The notes beneath the pieces were generated by a model. It did not search any database. It saw nothing but the letters and a program-made list of their open reading frames with translations, and had not been told where the DNA came from. This document shows positions 1 to 10,896 of a stretch of DNA of 64,000 bases, piece by piece. Source of the DNA: Sphagnum compactum (Eukaryota); NCBI GenBank assembly GCA_965153455.1, contig OZ234493.1, positions 10,654,213-10,718,212 on the forward strand. The letters are read 5' to 3'. Within the stretch, counting starts at the first letter, position 1. Each line of letters starts with the position of its first letter. A program made the position numbers and the translations under genes.

Positions 1-99
1 CAACTTGTGAAGTGAGTTTCATAATCCAATGTGTGAAGTCCTACTTGGAAACTAGAGCTATCAAAAAAATGCCCTCATGAGACATGACCATTTCACCCA

Positions 100-103
<4 letters not shown>

Positions 104-139
<36 letters not shown>
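104..139. repeat. (TA)n microsatellite
   Basis: Uninterrupted AT dinucleotide run. Confidence 0.95.
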
Positions 140-142
<3 letters not shown>

Positions 143-1035
143 GACATCATTGCAAGGTTATAGCCTTTTGGAAGTTGAAAGGCACTGATAGATGCCACCA
201 CCCAAATCATAGAGTTGTAGCACCAAAGTGATTTGCAATTGAAGATCCAACACTAGTGGCATGTGATTGGAGAGATAGAAGGCTACTTGAAGTGCAATAG
301 TCAAACTCACAACTAGAAACAACCAAACTCCTTCATGACATAGACCTATAGTGCCAATGGAAGCATCAACCTAGATTTCCTTACCAATACACGAAGTTCT
401 TGCTACACTAGTTATTTCACACATATATGTACCCTTTCCAATGATCTCCATGAAACATAGCAAGATACCATAGAACACTTTTTATGGTCATAGTATCCAG
501 GTTCTCCCTTTCACAAAAGACAAATTATTTTCACTTATGACATTTGACATCATTCCTAGTAGGCATATCTATTACTATCAATATCTGGAATGCACCTATT
601 TTTTATCATTTTTTATCATGATTTTCACCTTGGATAACTTACATTAATTTAAGGCTTTTATAAATGTTCCCCCAGCTGGATATGTAAAGTAGTTGGAAAA
701 AATGCCTAGTGCATTTGGAGGGCACCTTATATCCATGAAGATCCCTCCTAGAAAAGAGTATGGATCTTTAGTCCTAATATTTAGGAGTGAGAGGGACCTT
801 ATACTTGTCTACTTACCTTCCCAGACCAAAATAGTAGGCATAAGATCCATCCTACTCCTACCACCACATGTATGTATGTTTAGGCTTATTATAAGGTTCT
901 CCTCCTAATTTACATTGGATAAAAAGGGTTGGGGGGGGGGGTCCCCAAAATGCAGACTCAGAGTTGAAGACTGCCTTGTCCTAGGGCCTTTATTTTGGTA
1001 ATGCCCCTACCCAAGGCATTACAAATTACCCTACA
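140..1035 (-). mobile_element. Possible decayed LTR-retroelement fragment
   Basis: Bounded by TG...CA. The right end (ttttggtaatgccc...ttaccctaca) resembles ~47510-47549 (ttttggtaatgccc...ttaccttaca). No TSD or protein motif found. Confidence 0.3.
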
Positions 1036-1210
1036 CTTAATCCACATTCGTATAAAAAAATTAACATTTAATTGTCTATGTTTAAAATGAGATTTGTTAG
1101 GATCTCCATTGCACTTATTATTACATCTAGCATCCCTAAGACTAAGTCACCTACTTAATGCCAAAAAAAAAAAAAAGGATTTAATAAGGGTTTCGCAAAT
1201 CTGGTGCTTC

Positions 1211-1655
1211 ATAGAATATAGTGTGGCCTGTGCCATTGGCTCAAGTGTTACCATGTCCTCAACTGATTTTTCCTTCCAAAACCTGGTTTTTGGAAATTTA
1301 TTAGAATTTTCAGCGGCAGAAATCACTTAAAAATCAATATCTCCCACATTCTGAATCCAAAATCTTACAAAATAAATTCCATTATATCCTGCTCATCAAG
1401 ATCTTTCCAAGAACACCAAAGGCACATTCCAATTCCTCTGAAATTTTCAGCTCCAATTTAATTTCATTTTCAGTGAAGAAATCATTCAATATTCAAGAAC
1501 TTTTGCACTGCAAGTCCAAACATCATGGAACCAAACCCATGCACCCCTCCTCATCGCATCGAGAGCTTTCGAAAGACACCAAGAACACAATCTGAAGCAT
1601 CCCAGTTTGGTGGATCTCATAACTACAAAACAAACTACCTTCCTTCATAGATAGA
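1211..1655 (-). mobile_element. Non-autonomous Helitron-like element
   Basis: The minus strand begins A|TCTATCTATGAAGG, a Helitron-type TC start. The 3' end has a GC-rich TGGC/GCCA remnant, then CTAT (degenerate CTAG). Confidence 0.5.
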
Positions 1656-4600
1656 TTAGCTCTCCCTACCCTTCCTCCCCCTAACTCTCTTCATGGGTCA
1701 TGCTCTTCTACATGTGCTAATGTTGCAGATCAAAAGGAGGAAAGTGTAGGGGTAAAACAGCTGAGGATGATGCATTCCCAAAATAAGCACCTGCCCCAAG
1801 GTGGAGCCAAGAGGCAGCTTATTTTGAGAACACCCCCCAATCCTCGGTTGTTACCCAGCATAAAGACCTATGAGAAATCTTTTGTTTAAAAACTCTCACA
1901 ATACCCACCAAGTATCATGGAAAAAAGAGGGCACAAAAATGCACTTTAGAACATATCCTCCAAATGCACTATTGAATTCTTGCTATGTCTTTAGGGATGA
2001 GGGTGGTTGCGAGGCAAGTTGTATGGGAATGGCAAATGTATAATGAATTGGGGTAAAGGACAAACAAGAAAGAGAAGAGTACACTGGAGATGGAAGCCAG
2101 GCTTGGTGAGGGGGGGGGGGGGGGGGGGGTTAGGCTAGCTTAAGAATGAAAGAAAGAAAAAGTGGGAAGCTTGGTTGTGTTAGTGGGCCCTTGTTGCCGC
2201 CGACTATTATCATCCATGTTGTGGACCTGGAAGCAGCAGCCCTGACAAGTGTGTGTCAGAATAGTAAGTAACCTCAGGTTAAAAGGCCTTCTTGCTCTTG
2301 GCTTTTTCTCTCTTTCACTCACCAAAGGTCATATATCTGGAAGCAATCCATACACCAAAAATATTATTATACATTTGTGGTTCCTATTGGGAAAGAGATG
2401 GATCTTTGCCTTGATGTGTCTTTGTTTGTTTGCCCTCCATTTTGTTTGTTAACCCCCCCTTCCCCTCCCCCACCTCCCCCCCCCAAAAAAACATGAATGG
2501 GTCCCATTACCTACTTGTTGTATGGGAACTGTGGAAGCCTTTTGCTAAGCTGGAAAGCTTAAACACATGTTGTTGTTGGATCAGAAGTACGAGCATTTTG
2601 TCTCTTGGGAGTGGTATCTATCAAGCAAGCCTCATCTGGACCTTGCCTTCCCCCTCCCTCACCCCCCTCCTCCCTACCCATTATTATTCTCATTTAGCTA
2701 GAGAGAGAGTTTCCATGGAAAACCATAAAGCTTTGTATTAAGCAAGGCCATGAAGAATCAATCAGATGTGTCTGTCTGCTCATGATAGTCAGTTGCTGCA
2801 TCTTGGTTATAGTGAGACATATATTTATTAATTAATAATGTTATAAATTAATATAATATAATATAATATATATCCTATGACACCAGCCAGCTTTGGCTGG
2901 CATGGCTGAAAGAGTCCCCAATGTGGAAAATAGACAGTGAAACAGAAAATATGTCCACATTGCATGCATGCTTTGTGGCCTTCATTTATACTCTTCCCAA
3001 ATATCAGCCAATCTAGGTATTCTGTACCAAGACCCCCAAGTACAAAGTGACCCCCCAACTCTCCTCCCCAAATTGGCCTTCAAAAACTGGCCCAAGTGAA
3101 TTTTGTTGGACCCAATCGTTACAGCCCCTCTACAAGGTACTGGCATGAAGAAGTTTCGAAGGCCGTAGACTATAAAGTATCCCAAACTGCAGGTACTTGG
3201 CCCCCAGTTTTGTCAAAATTGGGGACAAAATGAGAAGTCGCAATGAAAACTGTACACTGCGGGAAAAGAAAAGAAAAGAAAAGGGGACCAAAACTCTCAC
3301 TTAGATTGCTCCTCAGGGGAATTTCACCCCCAGTTTTGGATTTGCCTTACCTCCTCCGTCTTGAACTGTTAAGTCAAGCCTTAACAGAACAAGACGCTGT
3401 AAATCTTCTGAACTGATACCCAGTTTTGTGAAACAGTACCCAGTTTCACTCACTTTACTGATACTCAAATTATGGATTGAAACAGGGTTTGGAGGGTTAA
3501 ACTAGGGCCCAAAGACACAGTGAGTTTACCAATGAAACTAATGTAAACTTTTTGATAAATTCCAAGATGAGAGAGACTTAAGTTAGGTTTACATGCGGGT
3601 ATCCGGAATCTCAGAATGTTACAGTTAACAGTTCCACTTCATGCAAAACAACAAACCTCAAATGAACTATCTTATCGCTTTAAAGAAACTTCAACTTCAA
3701 GAAAGCTTGGAAGATGCAGAAACCAATACAGATGTAATCCACAAGTACAACACCAGTACTTAGAATTCTTCACACTATGTACAGTACTTATGATCTGCTT
3801 CCTTCACACGTCCAGGGCCGCATATATACTTTTGTTGTACTTATTCATTTCATGAGGTCATCCTGTAAACAACTCTCATTGATAGTAAACTACATTAGAC
3901 CCATTTGACAACTTCCGAGAGTTTCATGTAGCAAAGAATTTGCATGAGAGAAGATCAGTGCTCAGAATAAAGCTGATATGAAAGCTGCTGATAAGAAAGT
4001 GACAGGCTATTTGCATTAACCCCCAAGTTAGTTAGTTAGTTAGGACTGATTCCTTTGGTGAAAATGTTCTTGCAAAAATTTCCACCTTAAAATTTTCTGT
4101 CACAGATTCTCTTTTTTAAACAACATTCTCACCAACTTTTTGAGGGCAAAACAAAAATGCTTGAGAGAATTTCATCACATTTTGACACAGTTTCTAATTT
4201 TTGGGCAGTTCTTTTCACCATTTTTCTACAGCTTGGATAGTTTTCTACAAACATGTTTGCCAATTAATGTTAAACCTTTTTTGGGAGGATTGCTAATGAT
4301 GTTACATCAGAAGACTGGAAAACAAATTTAAAACCGTGCATGTTAGGCAATACTGAATTTAGTACAATACATTTCAGATGGGAAAAGTGTCGGATATTGT
4401 GACAAGCATAAAAATTGTCAGATTGGGAAAGTTTCAGATTCTGTGACTAAGAATAATGTCATTGTTTGCATTGACCTTTTGGATTTGAAGTTTATGCATA
4501 AAAGTCTTCATTTTGCAGTGAAGAAGTAAGTGGTAGAAACTTGTTTTTCTCTCTCATATCACAGGCAGATGATGAGATGGGAGCCTAGTGTGCAAAAGAG

Positions 4601-5464
4601 TTACAATTCGCACTGACACTGCTTCTTCAAACTGAGACTTGGTACCCAACACTGCACACTGCTGCTGGGATCTAGTGGGACTTGTGGGTCTGTAACAAAC
4701 ATACACCCTGGCCCCTCCCAGACAGCAAGCTATCCAACAGCAAGATTCCTGGTACAAGACCAGATCCATATGGTGTCTGTCAACTTCTGATGCAGGGAAG
4801 TCAAAAAATTTTGTTACAGGAGACAGGCTAGAGCCAATTATATATCTCACACACTCTGCCACTTTGTCTTCAAGGCTTTCGACTTTCACCTATGTTAGTT
4901 AGCCAATCATAGGTGATAAACAAGCAAGGCTGTGCAAAAAACACGTGCCCTTTGTTTCACGTCATCATCTGCTGGATGATCTCAATACATTTCACCAATC
5001 TCTAATTCCTCCTTCAGTTTTCATAGTCCAGATTGTCTTGAGGCTTCCGATTTCTTTCTCCAAAGTTGACCCATCAAAGGTCATCATACATCAAAGATGC
5101 ACGCCATTTGTTTTGGGGGTGACAAGAGACTATCGTTTCACACACATGCTGGCAGACACTTTCGGTGGTGAGTTCAGGAATACATTTCTTACATCACGTC
5201 ACACAAAAAGTCTGGAGTACTTTGATTCTCTGCAGTGTAAATCCTAACCGTACTCATGTGCTAGTTTAGTCATCTGGACTCATTCAGTGACCAACTTTCA
5301 GACGGCAAACCCATCAGGGTGTTGCAATAAAAATACAAACCCTCTGACACAACAAAATTATAGAGCATGAGCTTAGTGAGGTGCCTAGGAAAATTTCCAA
5401 GTACCAGGCATATAGACAGCTGTGAAAGATCATCAATTATGCACTGGCAAGACTCTCATTTACC

Positions 5465-5593
5465 TTAATCAGAATGGCATTACAGTCCCAGTTCATCTCA
5501 GTTTTCTTTGCCTACTCTCAATCAGAGTATAGGGTTACAACCCCAGTTCATCTCAGCTTTTTTCTGCCTCCTCTTAATCAGAGTATAGGGTTG
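5465..5593. repeat. Tandem duplication, ~56-bp unit, ~2.3 copies
   Basis: aatcaga...ttaca..cccagttcatctcag...gcct.ctc occurs twice, followed by a third start aatcagagtatagggtt. Confidence 0.8.
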
Positions 5594-5905
5594 TGTTCCA
5601 TGTGAAATGGATGGTCAACACAGAGGACTCCATGTTCTGTACACCCAAAAAAAACCTAGATAGGTTCATGAGTCCCTTTGTACAAATTTCTATGCAACCT
5701 GATGGCACCAGACAGCAAATATGAGGTTGCACAGTGTGACTATCCTTGGATATCTGTGTTTCATTTCTACCCATTTCAGATTTTTGCCTTCCTTAGCTAC
5801 TATCTTTACTCTTACTTTGGTTCTTCCAACTCCTTGTCATGTACTTTGAGATTCAGGAACTATCTCTCTTCTACCTGACCCTTCCCAGAGATCACAAGAA
5901 AATGC

Positions 5906-6053
5906 TTACTGAAAACTGAAATTGGGATCTTGCAACGGCAGTCCTATCTTGCACTGCAATACCTCTCTCTTATATTTGATACGTCCCAGAGATGTTGAGA
6001 AAATCTTACTGAAAACTGAGAAATTGGACTCTTGCAACTGCATTCTGCAATAC
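5906..6053. repeat. Diverged direct repeat, ~100-bp period
   Basis: cttactgaaaactga..attgg..tcttgcaac.gca...ctgcaatac occurs at ~5906 and ~6005. Confidence 0.7.
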
Positions 6054-6120
6054 AGGGTTGTATGCTGGATGAAATGCCACACCTGCAGAACATCTTTCAC
6101 CTTACGTTCTCAAGTAATCT

Positions 6121-7452
6121 TCAAACGTTATACCTTTGACTGCTACTGGTTCCTTGTCCAGAGTCTTGCTGCACATACACTGCCTTGAAAAGATGCTCAT
6201 CTAGGTCATAATTCCACTGCCCATTTGAAACAAGAAGTGCCCCCATGCGGCCAATCTCATAGGCTGATTTTGCTGCAGCACCACATCCTCCTGTGGCAAC
6301 ATACAGCTGAGAATCTTCCCCATGCGGTTTCAGATCCACTGCTTGAATGTAGGGATAGTTGTGGGAGGTGTATGTCACCATGCATGGTTTCCTATGGAAG
6401 GATTTGAATGAGATTTGTGGGAGCAGAGTTTGTAGAGTGTCATGCAATGCATCTGTCTCCACTTGGCGACCATTTTCATCATGGAACCAGTCTGTGATTT
6501 CCTTAGTGCTAGAAGCAACCACTGGCTCCCATTCTGTACCCCCTATCTTGATGTACAACTTTCCATCAGGATACCGAATCGGAGGACATAAGTAAACAGA
6601 ATGCAAATAGGGATGTGATTCCAACCTCCAGATGATAGAAGGCATGCCTTGCAACCTCATCTCTTCCTCATCTCCAATTTCTGCAAGCAGCACTGACACA
6701 AGGTACGTGTGCAGGACCAATTCTTGGCCAGGCAACAGCAGATTTGTATATGCATCGGCACAGATCAAAACCTTGGAAGCAGATAACACTTTGCCTGCAT
6801 CAGTGGTGATGTTCACACCATCTGCAGTCATGTCAATTGCTACAACAGTCTCTGGCACAATACAAGCGCCATGTTTTGCAGCAACTGCCAATTGAGCTCT
6901 GGTCATTGCCCGGGGATTCACATAGCCTGCTCCACCATGCTCCATAATGCCTGCATCCTTCTCCTGGAAGTGCAGGTAAGGAAACCTCTTCATGAGTGCA
7001 TCCCCATCCTCCAGAAGCTCTACAGCTGCTCCATTCTCTTTCCCAACTGCGAAAGCCTCCAGCAAGGAGTCGGTGTGTTGCTTGTAAAAAGGGGTGACTC
7101 TCAAAGACCCAACAGAGGAATGGAACTGAATTCCACTTTCTTGCTCACTCTCTCCATAACTTGCAATAGATCGAGCTGCAAGCATCGACCATACAGGGTT
7201 CTTGTCGACAATTCGAGTGAGACGTCCCTCATCGTAATGGGAACCGAAAACCCCTAAATGGGTTGTCAGATCCGCAGGCTCTGGAGCTCCGATTGCAACA
7301 ACAGAAGAAGACTGCCCCTCCCCACGAGCAGTAATAGAATAGTGGGCAGAGAGATGGAGGCATGCTGCTGATCCTATGGGCCCTAACCCTATCACAGCTA
7401 CAGAATACAAAGCGTCGGCTTTCTTCTTTATACCGGGAGCTGCTTCCGCCAT
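6121..7452 (-). CDS. FAD-dependent oxidoreductase, sarcosine oxidase/DAO (MSOX-like) family, 443 aa, intronless
   Basis: Single long ORF. Rossmann motif VIGLGPIGSAA. AGYVNPRAM motif. C-terminal KPCMVTYT (aligns with the MSOX flavinylation Cys region) and ATGGCGAAAKSAYEIG. Confidence 0.92.
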   Translation of the reverse strand: MAEAAPGIKKKADALYSVAVIGLGPIGSAACLHLSAHYSITARGEGQSSSVVAIGAPEPADLTTHLGVFGSHYDEGRLTRIVDKNPVWSMLAARSIASYGESEQESGIQFHSSVGSLRVTPFYKQHTDSLLEAFAVGKENGAAVELLEDGDALMKRFPYLHFQEKDAGIMEHGGAGYVNPRAMTRAQLAVAAKHGACIVPETVVAIDMTADGVNITTDAGKVLSASKVLICADAYTNLLLPGQELVLHTYLVSVLLAEIGDEEEMRLQGMPSIIWRLESHPYLHSVYLCPPIRYPDGKLYIKIGGTEWEPVVASSTKEITDWFHDENGRQVETDALHDTLQTLLPQISFKSFHRKPCMVTYTSHNYPYIQAVDLKPHGEDSQLYVATGGCGAAAKSAYEIGRMGALLVSNGQWNYDLDEHLFKAVYVQQDSGQGTSSSQRYNV

Positions 7453-8706
7453 ATTTTTCTCTTACAAGCCCCCCGAGTGAAACAGCGATACCGAAAACAA
7501 ACGGAACACATCTAGATATGTGGAACCAAAAAACCCATTTCGTGCTCTGAGCGGAGGACCTCTTCAGACCCTTGAACCACCCACAACGGCGGAGAAGATG
7601 TTTTTCCGACAACAGTGGGACCCATTGCAATTAAGATCATCAAAAGAGACAAGTGCGGTATGCAGATCTCCTGCTGCTCCTTGGACATCAGATGCTAGAT
7701 TCAACTGTGGGTACAATAGACTGCGCATTTTCTTTTGTTCAGTGATCTGAATCAGCTATTACAAACCCATCTTACAGCTACAATCACGAAGCAAGCAAGC
7801 ACTATTTGCAGAGCAATCAAGGTCAGGGTTCAGAGTGGAGGAGCATGCCTGCAGTAGTATTTACCTATACCTGCAATATTCACCTGAATCCAACAAAAAG
7901 GTTGATGGTTCTGAAGCTCATAACAAGATCCACAAATGGCTTTCTTTCCACAAAATGCAACCTGTGATCTAAATAAATGCAACCAGAATTTTGACAGACA
8001 GGTTGTTGGTTCAGAAGTTCATAGTAAGTAAGAAAATGGCTTCCACAAAATTACTGTGTTGCTTGCTTGTCCAACACAACACTGCTCTGGCCTGCACATT
8101 CATAGCTGTGACATACATTGGTGACATACTCGTGGGTGAAATAGACATACATTGGTGAAAAGATGCATGTCACAGTTACATACTCACAGTTATTGCAGAA
8201 TGCTGTCTGCTTTCAGCTTAACTAGTAACACAGACTTTTCTACTGACTAAAACAAACATCCTTCAACCTGGCACACTTCCAGAAACATAATTAATATTGC
8301 AAAACTGAGATGATGATTTGAACAGTGAGTAAGGCAAATGAATGAAAATCCCATAAAGGATTATTGTCTTAATTACCAACTAATTTCCCTTATACACCTG
8401 CATCAGGATGACATAAACCACTGCTGTTAGGTTACTTGGTCATTTTAAATGTGACTAGTGGTGTGGATCCTCTAAATCTGCCAAACTCTACTGGTTTTGA
8501 TAGAAGAAAATCTTTGAATAGGATTACTGAATTCCATATGGTTCACCAGGCAGCCTATTTGCCTACAAAACTCTGGACCTGAGTGGAACTCCAAGAGTAG
8601 TTAACAACCCAAAATTGTGTGCTCATGAATACAATTTTCAGAATCAAAATAGGCTCTGAATCCTCTTGCACATTACTATATGCTTCTCTACATGAACAAT
8701 GGTTTC

Positions 8707-9933
8707 TCAATGGCTCTTAACATACTCCTGAATTACATTCAGTCCTTCAGTCTCCTCCCCATAGTCCTGAAAACCCAGCAACAAGGGAATTGCCCCATTC
8801 CACATTTTAGTAACCAACCACAGAATCTGATCAATCAATTCTCCAACTTTGTCACAGTTGGTTCTATAAACTGAATCAAAAGCCAAAAACAGGAAAAACT
8901 TGAACCCAGATGAACACCCCCAAAACTATGTCAAAGAAATTCATACCTTCACAACCACACAAGAACAGCCCACCACCTTGCGAGCCTTGCCCTCTGAATC
9001 AATCTTGCAAAGCTGCACATTACCAACAGAACATAAAGGCTCCTAACAGATGCCTTAAAACAAAAAAGTCGGAGGACTCAACCAGTGGACTATCAATGGG
9101 CTCCCCAGTGCTCAATGCCTTCTTCATTTTAAGACAGTCATCCTCCAATTCTACCCCAAGAGCACAAGTTGATTTGACAACCCTATCTCTCTCACTGGAG
9201 TTCTTCTCATTTCAAGATGCATCAATGACCATGGCTAGTTGAAGTCTGTTTCTCAGTAAAAAAAAGTGGACATTTCCATATATTGCAGTGCAATGAAATG
9301 TGAAGACACAATCCTTAAGTGTACCGGTGATGAGATGGCTTACCCCAACCCATTCACCCAGCTTCTTGGCACTAGGCACAGAGATGAGGTTAACATTGTG
9401 CTCTGAGCAGAGAGCTTGGACCAGCTTAGAATAATCAGGCTGGTTGCAGTCCTCAGCCAAAACACATAGCTGGGCAGCATGCTTCTCAATTGCCTTTGCA
9501 GCCTCATGAAGGCCGCGTGCAAGACCATCATGGGCCAGGGACTTCTTCAACACAAGCTGCAGACCAGTCAGGATATCCATGGGCTCCCCCAATACAGGCT
9601 CAGCTGCGACCACTGGCTTCTCAGCCACTGCATCTGCAACTGGCTCCTCCCTATATATTGCAAACCATTATGGACTTCTTCAATAATAGTATTCTAGAGA
9701 TTTTGAGTTTTTGTGCTCCTAACTAGTACACTGCATATCTATTCATGGTACCATATATTGCATGTCTACTGGCACTGCTCCATATCTGATGAGAACAAAC
9801 TCTCATCTCATGCCTTAGACGTCAGAGAGTTCTTCAACATACAACCCTAAAATCCATTGCTAGAAAAGGTCTGTCCCTAAAGTGGTAAAAAGAGAAAGAA
9901 ACACAAGGAACAAGAACCTTACCCGTCTGACAT
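8707..9933 (-). CDS. RPS12: 40S ribosomal protein S12 (eS12), 147 aa; exons 9933-9923, 9650-9344, 9012-8947, 8766-8707
   Basis: All introns are GT-AG and in phase (11+307+66+60=444 nt). Protein [12 protein letters not shown]...[17 protein letters not shown]...[49 protein letters not shown] 5'UTR intron is probable, with donor CAG|GTCCGT near 10358. Confidence 0.97.
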
Positions 9934-10672
9934 GGTTATCCAATGTGTGAAAAAGACTTATATATCTGCCTGCACGCTCAGAACGCCATACCAAGTCAGA
10001 AACAACAGAGAGGATCTGCAAACAAAGAGACAAGAAAGCATTCCCGATTTTGAACCCAGAAAACCGGCTAGCAGGGGTTTCTATCCAGGACTAGAGACCA
10101 GACCAAAACGTGAACAAACAGGAGCAGATTCGCAACAGGGAGACTATTGAAGAACACAGGAAACAAGTTATGAACAAAGAAAACTCAACAACATCCAACA
10201 ACAAGGGCAGAATTTGACCTGCAAAGCTCCGGAAAGAGGAGGAGCCGGTTGGGGCGAACAACAAGAAGTTCCCCAAAAAAAAAGCGAAGGAGGAAGATGA
10301 TAATCCAAGAGAGAAGCTGCCACAGAACGAAATAACAACCAGGTGTGCTGAGACGGACCTGATGGAAGTTGGAGAACGTCGGAGGAGGCCGAGCGAGCGA
10401 CAGAGGAGCGCGCGTCTGCTGCACGACACTAAGCCAGCAAGAGAACGACGACCTTTTGGCCAAAGCGCAAGCTTTTATGGTTCCGAACCTACTAATTACT
10501 TACTAATTTTCTCACTAGTTTTTAGAGTTCCTTAAAACCCACTCATTCAGTGTTGTTTTTTTTTGGCGAATTTTGGCCACGTTAAAAAGGGCCTGCTGAT
10601 TGGCCGGAAGGATTTTGAGCCGCAGGACCTTAAAAAACCGTCATTGCAATTTTTGGCATGCAATTTGTCTTA

Positions 10673-10896
10673 TGGTGCATTCACACTTGATGTTAAATCA
10701 ATGTTAAATGAAAATCTAGGTGGCATCCTACGTGACACCTAATGTTAAATGGGCGATAGCTTTAACATAGTTAATTGTTAAATGAATCTTAGTTTAAGAT
10801 AAAATATTCACAATAAGTAAGTTTAAGTCTTAAATGACTAGTATGATGTTAAGGGACTTAGCACTAGAGACCCTGACACAAAATGTGAATGCACCT
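10673..10896. mobile_element. PIF/Harbinger (Tourist-like) MITE
   Basis: TIR GGTGCATTCACA/TGTGAATGCACC. TTA on both flanks (10670-10672, 10897-10899). 224 bp. Confidence 0.8.

Noticed and set aside
3385-3624. TTAA-flanked (piggyBac-like) element
   Set aside because: Terminal inverted match is only ~6 of 8 bases, and TTAA is common here.
7229-7630. 133-aa ORF overlapping the oxidase start
   Set aside because: Non-ATG start, alternative frame of a real gene, no motifs.
9212-9343. C-terminal tail of the 138-aa RPS12 ORF
   Set aside because: Read-through into an intron; the true C-terminus is in exons 9012-8947 and 8766-8707.
8767-9922. Intronic snoRNAs in RPS12
   Set aside because: No convincing C/D box pair with a terminal stem, and no H/ACA layout, seen by eye.
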